Under the pieces are notes generated by a model. That model was given only the letters and a program-made list of their open reading frames with translations. It was not told the DNA's origin and did not search any database. A program made the translations under genes and the position numbers. DNA of 64,000 nucleotides from IMG/VR virus record IMGVR_UViG_2974716081_000001, one strand, 5' to 3'. Of this stretch, positions 24,809 to 35,505 are shown in pieces; the stretch's first letter is position 1, and each line of letters begins with the position of its first letter. Source of the stretch: a virus. Its lineage: Duplodnaviria; Heunggongvirae; Uroviricota; Caudoviricetes.

Positions 24809-25297
24809 GTGGCACAACGCGGTGTAAACAAAGTCATCCTGATTGGTACCCTGGGGCAAGACCCGGAGATCAGGTATATACCAAATGGCGGAACGGTCGG
24901 AAGACTAAGCATCGCAACAAATGAATCATGGCGCGACAAGCAAACGGGCCAACAGAAAGAGCAAACAGAATGGCATAGAGTCGTTTTGTTCGGGAAACTT
25001 GCTGAAATTGCGAGTGAGTATTTACGAAAAGGTTCTCAGGTCTACATCGAAGGGAAACTTAAAACCCGTAAGTGGACAGATGACGCCGGTGTAGAACGTT
25101 ACACGACGGAAATTATCGTCAGCCAGGGCGGCACCATGCAAATGATCGGCGCTCGCCGCGACGATTCACAATTCTCAAATGGCTGGGGGCAGTCAAACCA
25201 ACCTCAAAACCACCAGCAATACAGCGGTGGCAGTAAACCTCAGAGCAACGCCAATAGCGAACCTCCAATGGACTTTGAAGACGATATTCCATTTTGA
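24809..25297 (+). CDS. ssb: single-stranded DNA-binding protein
   Basis: 162 aa, OB-fold N-terminus, Gly/Gln-rich linker and acidic C-terminal tail DFEDDIPF typical of SSB. Confidence 0.95.
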   Translation: MAQRGVNKVILIGTLGQDPEIRYIPNGGTVGRLSIATNESWRDKQTGQQKEQTEWHRVVLFGKLAEIASEYLRKGSQVYIEGKLKTRKWTDDAGVERYTTEIIVSQGGTMQMIGARRDDSQFSNGWGQSNQPQNHQQYSGGSKPQSNANSEPPMDFEDDIPF

Positions 25298-25349
25298 GAG
25301 GGCTGAAAGTTGCTCGATTACTTAAAAATAACTTTACCTAATTGGTGTA

Positions 25350-25374
25350 AAAAAATGGGCGCAACAAAGCGCCC
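25350..25374 (-). terminator. intrinsic terminator for the leftward porin transcript
   Basis: GGGCGC-aacaaa-GCGCCC stem with a 7-nt A-run on the top strand (U-run on the porin transcript). Confidence 0.45.
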
Positions 25375-25530
25375 CAACAATAGAGTTTCAAATTAATAAA
25401 AAGGTAATAAATAACATGAAGTTAAATTGAGAAGAGGCAATTTTATTGCCTCTTCAAAGGTGGCATGAGGGTGCCACCTATATGCGGGCAGTGACATCAC
25501 TCCCTTCCCGCATATTCTTACCTACCAAAA

Positions 25531-26646
25531 TTAGAATTGGTAGGTCATACCAACAGCAACGATGTTGTCGGTTGCAACCTCAGATGTTTTGGTAAATTCA
25601 CTTTCATCAATCAGGTTGATCTTGTAGTCAACGAAAGCGGACATATTTTTGTTAAAGTAATAAGTCGCGCCCACGTCGATGTATTCAACCAGATCCTGGT
25701 TACCGAACGCACCAATATTTTCACCGCGAGAGTGTAGGTAAGCGATGGACGGACGCAGGCCGAAATCAAACTGGTATTGAGCAACGGCTTCAAAGTTTTT
25801 CGCCTTGTTCGCGATATGGTCATCACCGAAGACTGTCATATTCTGAGTTTCAGAATAAGTTGTAGCCAGGTAAATGTTGTTTGCATCATATTTCAGGCCC
25901 GTAGCCCATACTTCAGCAGTTTTACCAGAGGCATTCAGATTCAGAGGGGCTTTAGCATAGGATACCTGTCCATCAGTACGGTCAGATTTTGCATAAGTTG
26001 CGCCAATGCCAAATCCTTCATAATCATAAGTAGCTGACAGACCGAAGCCATCACCATTAGATTCAACTACGTCGCGGCCTTTCCAGTTGTTCACTTTTGC
26101 AGCACTATCATTTTTACCCTGATACTGCAAAGCAAAGTTCAGACCATCAACCAAGCCGAAGAAATCATTGTTACGATAGGTCGCGACGCCAGTAGCACGC
26201 TGGGTCATAAATACATCAGTCTGAGTCCAGGTATCTCCACCAAACTCCGGCAGCACGTCAGTCCAAGCGCCAACATCATACGCTACACCGTAGTTGCGAC
26301 CATAGTCGAGCGAACCATAATCGCCAAAGCGAAGCCCTGCAAACGCAAGACGAGTTTTATCTTTATCAGAACCTTCAGTTTCAGTACGGTTACCTTTAAA
26401 TTCGTACTCCCACTGACCAAAACCGGTTAACTGGTCATTAATCTGAGTTTCACCTTTGAAACCCATACGAGCATAAGTTTTATCCCCGTCATCACTAGCT
26501 GAAGAAGAGAAGTAATGCTCTGCATTAACTTTGCCGTACAGATCCAGTTTGTTACCGTCTTTGTTATAGATTTCTGCCGCTTGTGCAGACATTGCCATCA
26601 GGACTGATGCTGCAACCGCAGAAAGTGCCACTGTGATTTTTTTCAT
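25531..26646 (-). CDS. OmpC/OmpF-family general porin with signal peptide (phage-borne cargo)
   Basis: 371 aa; signal peptide [23 protein letters not shown]; motifs [44 protein letters not shown]-terminal YQF shared with enterobacterial porins. Confidence 0.85.
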   Translation of the reverse strand: MKKITVALSAVAASVLMAMSAQAAEIYNKDGNKLDLYGKVNAEHYFSSSASDDGDKTYARMGFKGETQINDQLTGFGQWEYEFKGNRTETEGSDKDKTRLAFAGLRFGDYGSLDYGRNYGVAYDVGAWTDVLPEFGGDTWTQTDVFMTQRATGVATYRNNDFFGLVDGLNFALQYQGKNDSAAKVNNWKGRDVVESNGDGFGLSATYDYEGFGIGATYAKSDRTDGQVSYAKAPLNLNASGKTAEVWATGLKYDANNIYLATTYSETQNMTVFGDDHIANKAKNFEAVAQYQFDFGLRPSIAYLHSRGENIGAFGNQDLVEYIDVGATYYFNKNMSAFVDYKINLIDESEFTKTSEVATDNIVAVGMTYQF

Positions 26647-26757
26647 TTTTTTGCCCTTTAGATTGAACTTTTCAGTAGAAAAGAGGTCACTGCGGACAAA
26701 TGTTTATCTTTTTTGGATTCGTGTTTCAAGTTTTGCAAATAAAAATCAAGGTATTTT

Positions 26758-26773
26758 TGTGATCAAAATCACA
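26758..26773. promoter_or_regulatory. CRP-type palindrome TGTGA-N6-TCACA about 110 bp upstream of the porin start
   Basis: perfect TGTGATCAAAATCACA inside a larger palindrome CAAGGT...ACCTTG (26748-26787). Confidence 0.4.
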
Positions 26774-27385
26774 AATAATAACCTTGAAAACCCAATGGAC
26801 TATTAGAAAAATCTCAATTCACAGAATAAAAATTGACAAAATAGAACAAAACACAATCAACAATAAGCACAAAAGACAAACAATTAAATTAGCACAAAAA
26901 TAATAACTGCAAAAATAGATAGTCTGTTAATTAATAGGGTTTTAATGGATGTGGATTTGAAATCTACTTAAAAAGTAGAGTCAAATTAATTACTGTCGAT
27001 TGGGTATTAAACTGAATCTATATTGTGAGAGTTAAAGACGATGTGTTTTAGTTATACATGTTATTCCCTAAAATGGAGTAGTCTCATCGAATTCTGATTA
27101 ATAACGAGCTAAGCCAATTCATTTTAGTATGTGTATATCTTTACCCTCTGAATATGCAATGACGAAGAGATATTAAACAATATGTAGCTTCAGGATTGAC
27201 TCTGGAAGAATTAAAAGATCGGCTAAAGTGTTCAATATGTGGTGAGCGAAACGCAAAAATTAAAATTTTTTGATCTAACATATTAGGCAATAGCTTGCTT
27301 CCATAACCTAAAGCAAGCCACTACGCGTTTACTTTAAGTACACAATTAACATATCAGAACAGATTATTTGTGCACTATCAGGGAG

Positions 27386-27691
27386 TTAATATACGATCTG
27401 GTCTACATGATCCCCAAAATCATCGTCGTCCTCATCGCCACCCTCTACTGCTGGCCAATCGACAAACCAGCCAGCGTAAAGATGCAGCGTTCGGAGAACA
27501 TCACTTGCGGGAGCATCAAGGGTGTTAACGAATCCCATATAGCTATTGGGATTTGCCCCAGCTATGGCTTCAGCGATCATGTCCTCGGTAATGTCACCGG
27601 AGATAATGCTTAAACGCCCGGAAACTTCTTCATTATCATCAAATTCGATAATGGCATCTCCGCCTAATGGCGCTGCGATTTTAATCTGCAT
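27386..27691 (-). CDS. acidic 101-aa protein downstream of ddrB (hypothetical)
   Basis: start overlaps the upstream stop; C-terminal EGGDEDDDDFGD acidic patch. Confidence 0.45.
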   Translation of the reverse strand: MQIKIAAPLGGDAIIEFDDNEEVSGRLSIISGDITEDMIAEAIAGANPNSYMGFVNTLDAPASDVLRTLHLYAGWFVDWPAVEGGDEDDDDFGDHVDQIVY

Positions 27692-30668
27692 TATTTAGCT
27701 CCTTTGCCACACCTAATAACAGTTCCAGCAATCCGTCACCATTCATCAGTGATGCGGCAGCGGCCTCTTTGTCATGATACAACTGAAGAGCCATAGAGAA
27801 TACTTCCGTTGCTGATGTTTTTGAAATAGTCGGTGCTTTCTGCCGAATTTTCCCGGAGTTACTCACTGAGGCTGGCGGGTATACCTTCGCCATATAAATA
27901 TTACTCAATCGAGATCTGAAGCACCATTCAGGCTTGCCACGCCCACCGATATTAACGAAAGATGGCTTATCCCCTTCAACATTGGCCTTCAGGAATGACC
28001 GGGCTTTCTCTAACAAACCAGGGTTACTGTACTCAAGATGATGACCCAGCTCGTGCCACAGTGCACTTGCATTTTCATCGTTCAAATTGACAGCAACAAC
28101 ACCATTAAGATTTGCATATGCCCTTCCCTGGTGGTGAACCACCTTTGATAAGGTCGAAATTTTACCGCCGGTCAGGCGATAAATATCAGCAAGTTCCTTG
28201 CGCAGGTCTATCCCACCATTCTGTCCAGCGCGGGCTTCTTCCACTTCTTCCGTGATAAAAGAGTCGGCCCACTCAAGAGCTTTTTCTTCAGATACGGATG
28301 AGTTTGCGATCGCACTGTTCATGGCAGATAACACTTTCTCGTGGACCGAACCCATACTTCGCTGATTCATTTGCCAGCGTGTCTGCGGGTTATATGAGAA
28401 TCGCTTAAGTAGTTGGTCAAGCTGCTCAAGTTCTTCTTCACTGACATACCTTTTAGCCTCACCAATAATGCCAGGGAGAATATTGCCGTTAGGATTAAAC
28501 GCTCGCGAAAGGAAGAGTTTCAGCGCCCCCATGCCCTCCGATGCTTCAATATCACCAATAACCCGGTTAACAATGGCCGCACTCTTCGGATTAGCATCCG
28601 CCAATGCTCTGGCTACAATTTGCAGGGACGATACGACCTCACGCTGCATATCCGTCCTGATCTCATCAATAAACTCTGGCGTTATGCCGTGCTCTTTAAG
28701 GATATCCCTGCCTTCCGCCGTTACCCCATCGATATCACCGACATGTTTATTAACCCGACTTTGCAATGCCTTAAATGCCTTCAGAATTCCACGGGCATCA
28801 TCCGCTTTACTAACGGCCTTCCTGAATGCTGGCAAGAAGTCTGAGTTAACCTCATTTTGTTGATCGGCCCACTGAATGGAGGCTTCTTTCATCTCGTCCA
28901 GAGTCAGATCACCCAACGCGGTATGGTCTGTGAATATGAGCGACAACCTCTGAACCATTTCTGCCAATGGTGATGCCGAATGCGCCGCGCTAAGGAATGC
29001 TTTCACCCTGGTTGGGCGAATGGAAAACCAGTCAATAGCTGGTGGCATATCTCCGTTTTTTATCGCCTGCGCTATCTCGTCAAAGCCATCGCGCCCAAGG
29101 GAGGATGCGTGATTTAACAAGCCGCGAAGTAACGAATTGCTGATACCGAATAATCGGCACCATTTTTTCACGTCGGCAACAGGCATTCGAACAAAATGCG
29201 CAAGCACTTGAACAAGCTGTTCATCCTGGGGATCTGTACGGGAAAGCAGCCTGATCAGATGAATAATGTCTTTGATGCCGGATGCCCGATGTAATAGCAA
29301 ACTGGTATATGGAGCAACACCGTTGTAACTACCGCCGGAAACGGACTCGAAAAGACCGCCGGATATCCCTTGCATGCCTTCGTTTTCCAGTTCCTGAGAC
29401 ACCTGGCGAAGGATATCCTGTAACGACACATCACCACCGCCAAACATATCCCCCAGCGCCTGGCACTGGTGCTGTAACTCATCATTGATACGTTGAGCCA
29501 TCAATTTAAAGGCGGTGGCCATACGCTTCGCGCTACGGTTATTCGCGACGATGAATAACGCGAGAGCTTTCACTTCCGGGGCTGTTTCGCTGAACATATC
29601 CCCCTGAGCAATAACATCGGTAATATGTTGGCCTGACTCCTTCGATTGCCTTACCAGGTCTACCGCATCTTTCAATGCCGCCAGCGCCTTTTTATCGAGA
29701 CTATCCGCTGTCTCAATACCATCAACAATAGTTGTCACAGCCTGCTTGTGCGCTTCACCTGATAAAGCCTGCATCTGGACAAAATCATTGGCTGCCGCAT
29801 TAAGCGCCGTCAGAACATTACGCATATCTGGATCAGGTTCTTCTGCAACCATCCTTACCAGGCGCGCATCCTTATATGCCTTGGCAAAGATCGCGTTTTG
29901 TATACGGTCTACAAGTTGCCGTGTTGGTCGCCCATCTTTCGTTACAAGGCCAGCAGCCTGTGTGGCACCAACTTGCGTCATGAATCCGCGGATAAACGCG
30001 TCATTACTGCGGCTAAGCAGATCTCCGCTTTCTGACGGGTTAAACAGCGCCATCATCGCCGAAGTTATGTTGTCGGCATCAACAAAAGCCTTTTCACTGG
30101 CTGCCATTTCCTGAAGATCAGAAATATTTGAGTCCTTGGCAAACTGAACGCGGTCAACCTTAGTTAACCGGCGGCGCACCAGTACCGGAGCCGCCATTGA
30201 TTCAACCTTTTCAGGTCGTATGCCGAATTCGGTCGCATGATCAATCAGGTACTCACGATACCGATCCGCATTGCCGTCCTGATAGGCTTTGATGATCCCC
30301 ATGGTCCGTCCATTACCTGACTCAACGGCATTGTCCTCACCAATTATCGGCGCTCCATGGCTGGATAAACCGGAATCGGTAAGCTGAGCAGGCCGCAAAT
30401 CCTTGGATATCTGGTTAACCTGAAGAAGGCTGGATGCGCGGGTCCGGTCGCGCGGCTGAAGTTCCTGGGGATAGTCCGGATTAATTTTCCCGTCCAGAGT
30501 ATTGGATACCAAAAGAGCTGAGGCATCGACGATATCAAACGCTGTTTTTACCTCGTCTCCCTTCGCTGTCACCACATACGAAACCCGCCCGAAATCGGGC
30601 AGGTTTTTTAGCAGCTCGATCAGCGTTTCTATGCTGGTGGCCATTACCACCTGATCGCTTAAGCTCAT
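27681..30668 (-). CDS. ddrB: DdrB-like 995-aa protein of the darA operon
   Basis: large ORF third in line after darA and ddrA on the same strand; assigned by operon position. Confidence 0.7.
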   Translation of the reverse strand: MSLSDQVVMATSIETLIELLKNLPDFGRVSYVVTAKGDEVKTAFDIVDASALLVSNTLDGKINPDYPQELQPRDRTRASSLLQVNQISKDLRPAQLTDSGLSSHGAPIIGEDNAVESGNGRTMGIIKAYQDGNADRYREYLIDHATEFGIRPEKVESMAAPVLVRRRLTKVDRVQFAKDSNISDLQEMAASEKAFVDADNITSAMMALFNPSESGDLLSRSNDAFIRGFMTQVGATQAAGLVTKDGRPTRQLVDRIQNAIFAKAYKDARLVRMVAEEPDPDMRNVLTALNAAANDFVQMQALSGEAHKQAVTTIVDGIETADSLDKKALAALKDAVDLVRQSKESGQHITDVIAQGDMFSETAPEVKALALFIVANNRSAKRMATAFKLMAQRINDELQHQCQALGDMFGGGDVSLQDILRQVSQELENEGMQGISGGLFESVSGGSYNGVAPYTSLLLHRASGIKDIIHLIRLLSRTDPQDEQLVQVLAHFVRMPVADVKKWCRLFGISNSLLRGLLNHASSLGRDGFDEIAQAIKNGDMPPAIDWFSIRPTRVKAFLSAAHSASPLAEMVQRLSLIFTDHTALGDLTLDEMKEASIQWADQQNEVNSDFLPAFRKAVSKADDARGILKAFKALQSRVNKHVGDIDGVTAEGRDILKEHGITPEFIDEIRTDMQREVVSSLQIVARALADANPKSAAIVNRVIGDIEASEGMGALKLFLSRAFNPNGNILPGIIGEAKRYVSEEELEQLDQLLKRFSYNPQTRWQMNQRSMGSVHEKVLSAMNSAIANSSVSEEKALEWADSFITEEVEEARAGQNGGIDLRKELADIYRLTGGKISTLSKVVHHQGRAYANLNGVVAVNLNDENASALWHELGHHLEYSNPGLLEKARSFLKANVEGDKPSFVNIGGRGKPEWCFRSRLSNIYMAKVYPPASVSNSGKIRQKAPTISKTSATEVFSMALQLYHDKEAAAASLMNGDGLLELLLGVAKELNNAD

Positions 30669-30680
30669 CCCTGTTACGCC

Positions 30681-31046
30681 TTATGCTGCCTCTTTAATGT
30701 TGGCGGCTATCCATGCCGCCGTGTGCTGTTTAACCTGGTCCAGGTCGATGTATGTGCCAACATATTGACTCAAGTCCTGTAACGTACCGATAAATGCATC
30801 AGTGCTCTGATCGACGAATTTATCAGCCAGGAATTCAGCAACCAGTTTTGGCACACCATCATGTTCCGAAGGTTGTTTTTCTTCGCCACTACCGCCGCCA
30901 GACGCGCCGTACCCCATCTGTTGCATGATCTGGTCAATTTCATCGCTGATATCCAGCAACTCCATGCCACTCGCGGTAGCCGCTTTGGACATCAGAGCAT
31001 CCAACTTATCGCTGAGGTCCATTAACTCAATCGCTGATAGTGTCAT
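30681..31046 (-). CDS. ddrA: DdrA-like protein
   Basis: 121-aa ORF overlapping the darA stop. Confidence 0.65.
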   Translation of the reverse strand: MTLSAIELMDLSDKLDALMSKAATASGMELLDISDEIDQIMQQMGYGASGGGSGEEKQPSEHDGVPKLVAEFLADKFVDQSTDAFIGTLQDLSQYVGTYIDLDQVKQHTAAWIAANIKEAA

Positions 31047-32962
31047 GCCGCTACCCCCGCTTTCTGGATTGCTACCAGCAGATCAGCCAGGTGGCGAGCT
31101 GCGCCATTAACCAGCTCTTCGTTTTCCTCAAAACGCCCGGCAGCCTGAAGGGCTGCAATCGCTTCCCGGACATTACCCCGGGCGTTACGGATCTCCGCCA
31201 TGTCAGTGCTTTGCATATCCATCACGCTATTGAGATATTCAATGGCTTTATTAGCCTCTGCATCTGCTTCGCTAACCGTTTCATCAGGCTGTGCCGGGAC
31301 CGGTTCTGGTTGAGTAATCTCACCGACTTCGGCCTGCAATGCATTGATCATGCTCTGCACCATTTTCTCGATGCCAGCGCCCCCTGGAAACGCAATATTG
31401 GGGAAAGTTTTTTGAAACTGAGTTTTCAGCATTACGCGGAACTCGTCTGGTGAGCTGGTGGCCAGCTCCAGAGCTTTTTGTGCATATTTGCCAAACGGAC
31501 CATTAGTAAGTGTCTTCGCCAGGAAGTCGAAAGAATCCTCGCGAGGCAATAACTTCAGGTCGTACTCACTCATTTGCTGATCAGAAAGCGGGGTATCGTA
31601 AGTAACAATGCCGTAGCGTGCATATTCATAATACGGGTCACCTTCATCAGGGCGCGACAGAATTGCTTTGTTACCTTCAGGTATTGCGCCAGGGGCCGCC
31701 GGACGCATTTGCAGGGCATATCGATATGCACCTACAGAGACTTCTGGTTCAGGCAAAGAGCTACCGGTATCCTCCGCTGATTCAGGTTCGACGTTTTCCG
31801 GTTTATGTTCTTCTGGTTGGACCAGATATTCCGATACATTACCCGCTTTATAGGCTTTAAACAGCTTGCCGATCGCATCTGCCATGTCCACACCCTGTAT
31901 GGATTTAGCCTTGATCATGTACACGCTGCCATCCGAATCGGTTAACTGGATATACCCTTCGCCGTCCTCAATGAATTGCTTCATTGATGCACCATTACTG
32001 AGCGTCACTTCCCCGTTCATATGCATACGATTTTTGATACTGGCAAGGCGATCCGTCATCGCGCGAGAGTGTCCACCAGTCATCCCCGCAGGAGCAATGG
32101 TTTCGCGCCCACCAGTGCGATTGAGCTGATCAATCTCCGTCTGCAAACGCTCATTCTCTTCATAAAGAGAATCCGCTTCCGATGCAACAGCGTTAATTTT
32201 CTGCTCCAGATCTGCCTTCTGCCCTTCTACCGCTGCCACCTGATCCGCGAGGTCGCTCATGGCATCCTCTTTCTGGTCACTGTCAGCCTGTAGTTGGGTT
32301 ATTTCATCAACAAGGGCTTTTTTCTTCTTCTGCGCACGCTGGAATTTTGCCGAGTTTTTCTCTGCAAGGTTGGCAAGTTTCATGGTGACCTGCGCCAGCG
32401 TCATATCACGTCCACTCATCGGAGCAACGGTGTGAGTAACGTCTTTTTTATTCAGTAAGAACTGGAAAGCAACCAGCGTATCGCTATTGGTGATCCGGTT
32501 TTCCGCTGTCGGGCTATGAAACAGAATGCTGATAGTCTGACCATCACTGAGCGGAATAATGGCTGGCAGGACTGGCAGCCCGTTAACGTTACGTGCCCGG
32601 CCAATTTCAGCGCCGCCGATCGCGCGCGCGCCGCTCTGGGCCACATCCCCCGTTTTATCACTCCCCGCAGAGATTCCGGTACCATTCAGCTTCTGGTTCA
32701 ATGCCCGGACAAATGCCTGCATGGTCCGGTGTAACTGCAAACGAGTAGAACTAATCGCCTCCAGTAAATCCGTAGCACACCAGTGGATCGGCGTGTCATA
32801 GAAGAACGTAGCCTCGATTTCCTCCAGGGTGTTGGATTCCGTCATCAGATAGCGGTCCTCACCGGCCATTAATGCGCGATATTCATCATCAGTCACTGGC
32901 GGGGGAAGCACGTCAAGCCCAGGTTTGATCGTCACCCCTTTATTGATATTGAACTGTTCCAT
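31043..32962 (-). CDS. darA: DarA antirestriction and head-associated protein (639 aa)
   Basis: 639 aa, the size of P1 DarA; follows the hdf and lydAB genes. Confidence 0.8.
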   Translation of the reverse strand: MEQFNINKGVTIKPGLDVLPPPVTDDEYRALMAGEDRYLMTESNTLEEIEATFFYDTPIHWCATDLLEAISSTRLQLHRTMQAFVRALNQKLNGTGISAGSDKTGDVAQSGARAIGGAEIGRARNVNGLPVLPAIIPLSDGQTISILFHSPTAENRITNSDTLVAFQFLLNKKDVTHTVAPMSGRDMTLAQVTMKLANLAEKNSAKFQRAQKKKKALVDEITQLQADSDQKEDAMSDLADQVAAVEGQKADLEQKINAVASEADSLYEENERLQTEIDQLNRTGGRETIAPAGMTGGHSRAMTDRLASIKNRMHMNGEVTLSNGASMKQFIEDGEGYIQLTDSDGSVYMIKAKSIQGVDMADAIGKLFKAYKAGNVSEYLVQPEEHKPENVEPESAEDTGSSLPEPEVSVGAYRYALQMRPAAPGAIPEGNKAILSRPDEGDPYYEYARYGIVTYDTPLSDQQMSEYDLKLLPREDSFDFLAKTLTNGPFGKYAQKALELATSSPDEFRVMLKTQFQKTFPNIAFPGGAGIEKMVQSMINALQAEVGEITQPEPVPAQPDETVSEADAEANKAIEYLNSVMDMQSTDMAEIRNARGNVREAIAALQAAGRFEENEELVNGAARHLADLLVAIQKAGVAA

Positions 32963-32963
32963 G

Positions 32964-33575
32964 TTAATTTCCTGCTTTCAGTTGCTTAAGACGGCGTTTG
33001 AGTTCGCCATTTCGGGCCTTTTCGTTATTGAGTCGGCCTGTCTCCTTATCCAGCTTCGCCCGCAAATCAGTGATCTGCTGTTGATTGAAAGACACCGAGT
33101 TCTGCGCGGACTTATAAGCGGCAACCACCTGAGCATTCCGCTGTTTTGCCTCTTGCAGGCGCTGAAAGTTGGATTTAACTGCTGGTTTCTTGTCTACCGG
33201 ATTAGCAACACGCTTCGCTTTGGCGATCAGTGATTTCTGGAATTTTGCGGAGTTTTTGCGGGCCGCTTGCCCCATGACGGTACCAAGCGTCTTGATATCC
33301 GGCGACTGAGCGTTAGGAATAGCTTTTCCATTCAGCCTCACAGACGATATATCGCCAGTATCGTTTACCTGTATGGCAAGAATTTGTCCGTCGTTAAGAA
33401 CCAGCTTTGCGGTTTTAACTTTAACGCCATCTTTCGTTGTTGCGCGGTTGCTGGAGTCAACCTCAATTACCGTAACACCGGTTTTATTGATCGCCGCGAT
33501 AAGGGATTTCAGCCCCTTTTCATTAACCTGGTCAAAATCGACCGTTGCATACTTATTTTTCGTCATCTGACACAT
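32964..33575 (-). CDS. hdf: Hdf-like basic protein
   Basis: 203-aa Lys-rich ORF directly upstream of darA. Confidence 0.6.
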   Translation of the reverse strand: MCQMTKNKYATVDFDQVNEKGLKSLIAAINKTGVTVIEVDSSNRATTKDGVKVKTAKLVLNDGQILAIQVNDTGDISSVRLNGKAIPNAQSPDIKTLGTVMGQAARKNSAKFQKSLIAKAKRVANPVDKKPAVKSNFQRLQEAKQRNAQVVAAYKSAQNSVSFNQQQITDLRAKLDKETGRLNNEKARNGELKRRLKQLKAGN

Positions 33576-33996
33576 CCTGTGCGAGATTTATTACGTAACT
33601 TCTGCGGATTTGCTGAGTAACAGGGAAAATCCGATACAACGGGTTAATGAACGAGTCGCCATGCGTAACCATGACGTTGAAATGCCACAGCCGTTCTCCT
33701 TTACCCATATATTCAGTGGGTATGTACAACCATTCACTGTTTTCGCCCTGTTCAGCCGACGTCAGACAACGTTGTTCGCCTTCAATCACTGTCGTTGGCT
33801 TCTGAACATCGCGGATCCAATATCTGACCGTTGCGCCGCGCAAAAACGGGAATTTAGACCGGTATTTGAACGGCACCCGGATGAAACCCGGTTTAATTTC
33901 CACATCACCAAGTTCTAAATGCGTGATGTCCTTGCGTTTTAGCAAATAGCGATCGGCTAAGGCTAACGCAAGAACGCATACACCCCAGCCAATCAT
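33553..33996 (-). CDS. lydB: LydB-like antiholin or lysis regulator
   Basis: 147-aa ORF overlapping the lydA stop, N-terminal hydrophobic segment. Confidence 0.7.
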   Translation of the reverse strand: MIGWGVCVLALALADRYLLKRKDITHLELGDVEIKPGFIRVPFKYRSKFPFLRGATVRYWIRDVQKPTTVIEGEQRCLTSAEQGENSEWLYIPTEYMGKGERLWHFNVMVTHGDSFINPLYRIFPVTQQIRRSYVINLAQDVSDDEK

Positions 33997-34322
33997 TTCC
34001 CGCCTCCCTTTTTCACCAAACTTGTAAGAACATTCAGAATGCTATCGATATTCACTCGTTTCATCCCTGAAATCACCTCATGACCGTTATTGCTGGCTAT
34101 CGTTACCATTAAGTACGTAATTGATAACTCCCAGCCCTCGTGTTGCCCCAATAGGTACGCCACCGCGCCAGCTGTCACTGCAACAAAGATCTCCGTAACC
34201 AATCCCAACAAATTGCCAGACTGGCGACCGTCTCGGACATCCATCAGAAACGTGCCTATCCCACCAATTACTGAAAGCAGGAGCGCAATAGCAACTGGAG
34301 CTAATTCCTGTGTGTCAAGCAC
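33993..34322 (-). CDS. lydA: LydA-like holin
   Basis: 109 aa with two predicted transmembrane helices and a charged C-terminus. Confidence 0.75.
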   Translation of the reverse strand: MLDTQELAPVAIALLLSVIGGIGTFLMDVRDGRQSGNLLGLVTEIFVAVTAGAVAYLLGQHEGWELSITYLMVTIASNNGHEVISGMKRVNIDSILNVLTSLVKKGGGK

Positions 34323-34382
34323 AAGTTCCCTCCTACGTTGTCAGGAGGTAATGGTATGCAAAGTAACTTCTCATCTGGTTGT

Positions 34383-34667
34383 TCATAATTTGCCAATACA
34401 TTCGTAAATCAAGTGAAAAACCCATATTTTGGTTATTCTTAATACAAAATGGCTATTCCAACTACATATCAAAAAAGCAACCACATCCAAAAATGAGTTT
34501 CCCCACTGAACTTCTGCAAGACAAAAACCAACAAAACCACCTTTTATGGCAAGCAGCCATGCTTCAAGCCAATGTAAAAAACATGGCTTATAAGCTCCAC
34601 GCCTAACTCCAGTAAGAAATAAATAGGTTCCACTAATAATGGACATTAAAAAAATCAAAATCTGCAT
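34383..34667 (-). CDS. small multi-pass membrane protein (holin-like, possibly lydC)
   Basis: 94 aa, very hydrophobic, between lydA and cin. Confidence 0.4.
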   Translation of the reverse strand: MQILIFLMSIISGTYLFLTGVRRGAYKPCFLHWLEAWLLAIKGGFVGFCLAEVQWGNSFLDVVAFLICSWNSHFVLRITKIWVFHLIYECIGKL

Positions 34668-34788
34668 AAGCTCCTCCCGGATCTAACAAAAATCAAGCAG
34701 GAACCTATTCAGATTGTTATTTCTGTGCATAACGCTTTGTTCTTTAAAATTCGCAGACTCATAAGAACAACGCATTAGAGTAAAAATC

Positions 34789-35349
34789 ATGCTGATCGGC
34801 TATGTACGCGTATCAACAAATGAACAAAACACTGCTTTGCAACGAAATGCCCTTGAAAGCGCAGGATGTGAGCTAATTTTTGAGGATAAGGCGAGCGGCA
34901 AACAGACTGAACGCCCTGGGCTAAAAAAGGTTTTGCGTATGCTTTCCAGAGGTGACACCCTGGTCGTATGGAAGTTAGATCGTCTTGGGCGCAGCATGCG
35001 TCACTTGGTTGTGCTGGTGGAAGAGCTGCGTGACAGAGGAATTAATTTCCGGAGTCTCACTGACTCTATCGACACCAGTACACCAATGGGGCGCTTTTTC
35101 TTTCACGTAATGGGGGCGCTGGCAGAAATGGAACGTGAGCTTATCGTTGAACGTACACGCGCTGGACTTGATGCAGCTCGCGCAGAAGGTCGTATAGGTG
35201 GGCGTCGGCCTAAATACCAAGAAGAAACATGGCAGCAAATGCGGCGATTGCTGGAGAATGGCATCCCCCGTAAGCAGGTTGCAATCATCTATGATGTGGC
35301 TGTTTCCACGCTTTATAAGAAGTTTCCGGCGTCGTCATTTCAATCCTAA
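34789..35349 (+). CDS. cin: Cin serine DNA invertase
   Basis: 186 aa MLIGYVRVSTNEQNTALQRNALESAGCELIFEDKASGKQTERPGL...; stop codon lies inside cixL. Confidence 0.97.
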   Translation: MLIGYVRVSTNEQNTALQRNALESAGCELIFEDKASGKQTERPGLKKVLRMLSRGDTLVVWKLDRLGRSMRHLVVLVEELRDRGINFRSLTDSIDTSTPMGRFFFHVMGALAEMERELIVERTRAGLDAARAEGRIGGRRPKYQEETWQQMRRLLENGIPRKQVAIIYDVAVSTLYKKFPASSFQS

Positions 35350-35366
35350 ACCTTGGTTTAAGAGAA
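35341..35366. other. cixL crossover site
   Basis: CAATCCTAAACCTTGGTTTAAGAGAA with central AAACCTTGGTTT dyad at the cin/C-segment junction. Confidence 0.7.
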
Positions 35367-35505
35367 CTCGGTACCAGCGGTGAAAAGATCCCCCTGTTGA
35401 GCACGGCTAACACATGGAGTGCGCGCCAGACTTTCAACGGAGGGATCACCGGGGCACTGACAGGGAACGCCGACACCGCGACGAAATTGAAAACAGCACG
35501 CACTA
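35367..35505. repeat. left inverted repeat of the C segment
   Basis: near-identical in reverse complement to 39205-39347, with a few mismatches; encodes the shared [34 protein letters not shown] segment. Confidence 0.7.

Noticed and set aside
25298-27385. possible IS element or CRISPR array in the AT-rich hotspot
   Set aside because: No terminal inverted repeats, transposase ORF or regularly spaced direct repeats found; only isolated hairpins and one CRP-like palindrome
35285-35503. 72-aa minus-strand ORF and its mirror image at 39076-39432
   Set aside because: Both come from the same inverted-repeat sequence read antisense to Sv' and S; repeat artefact
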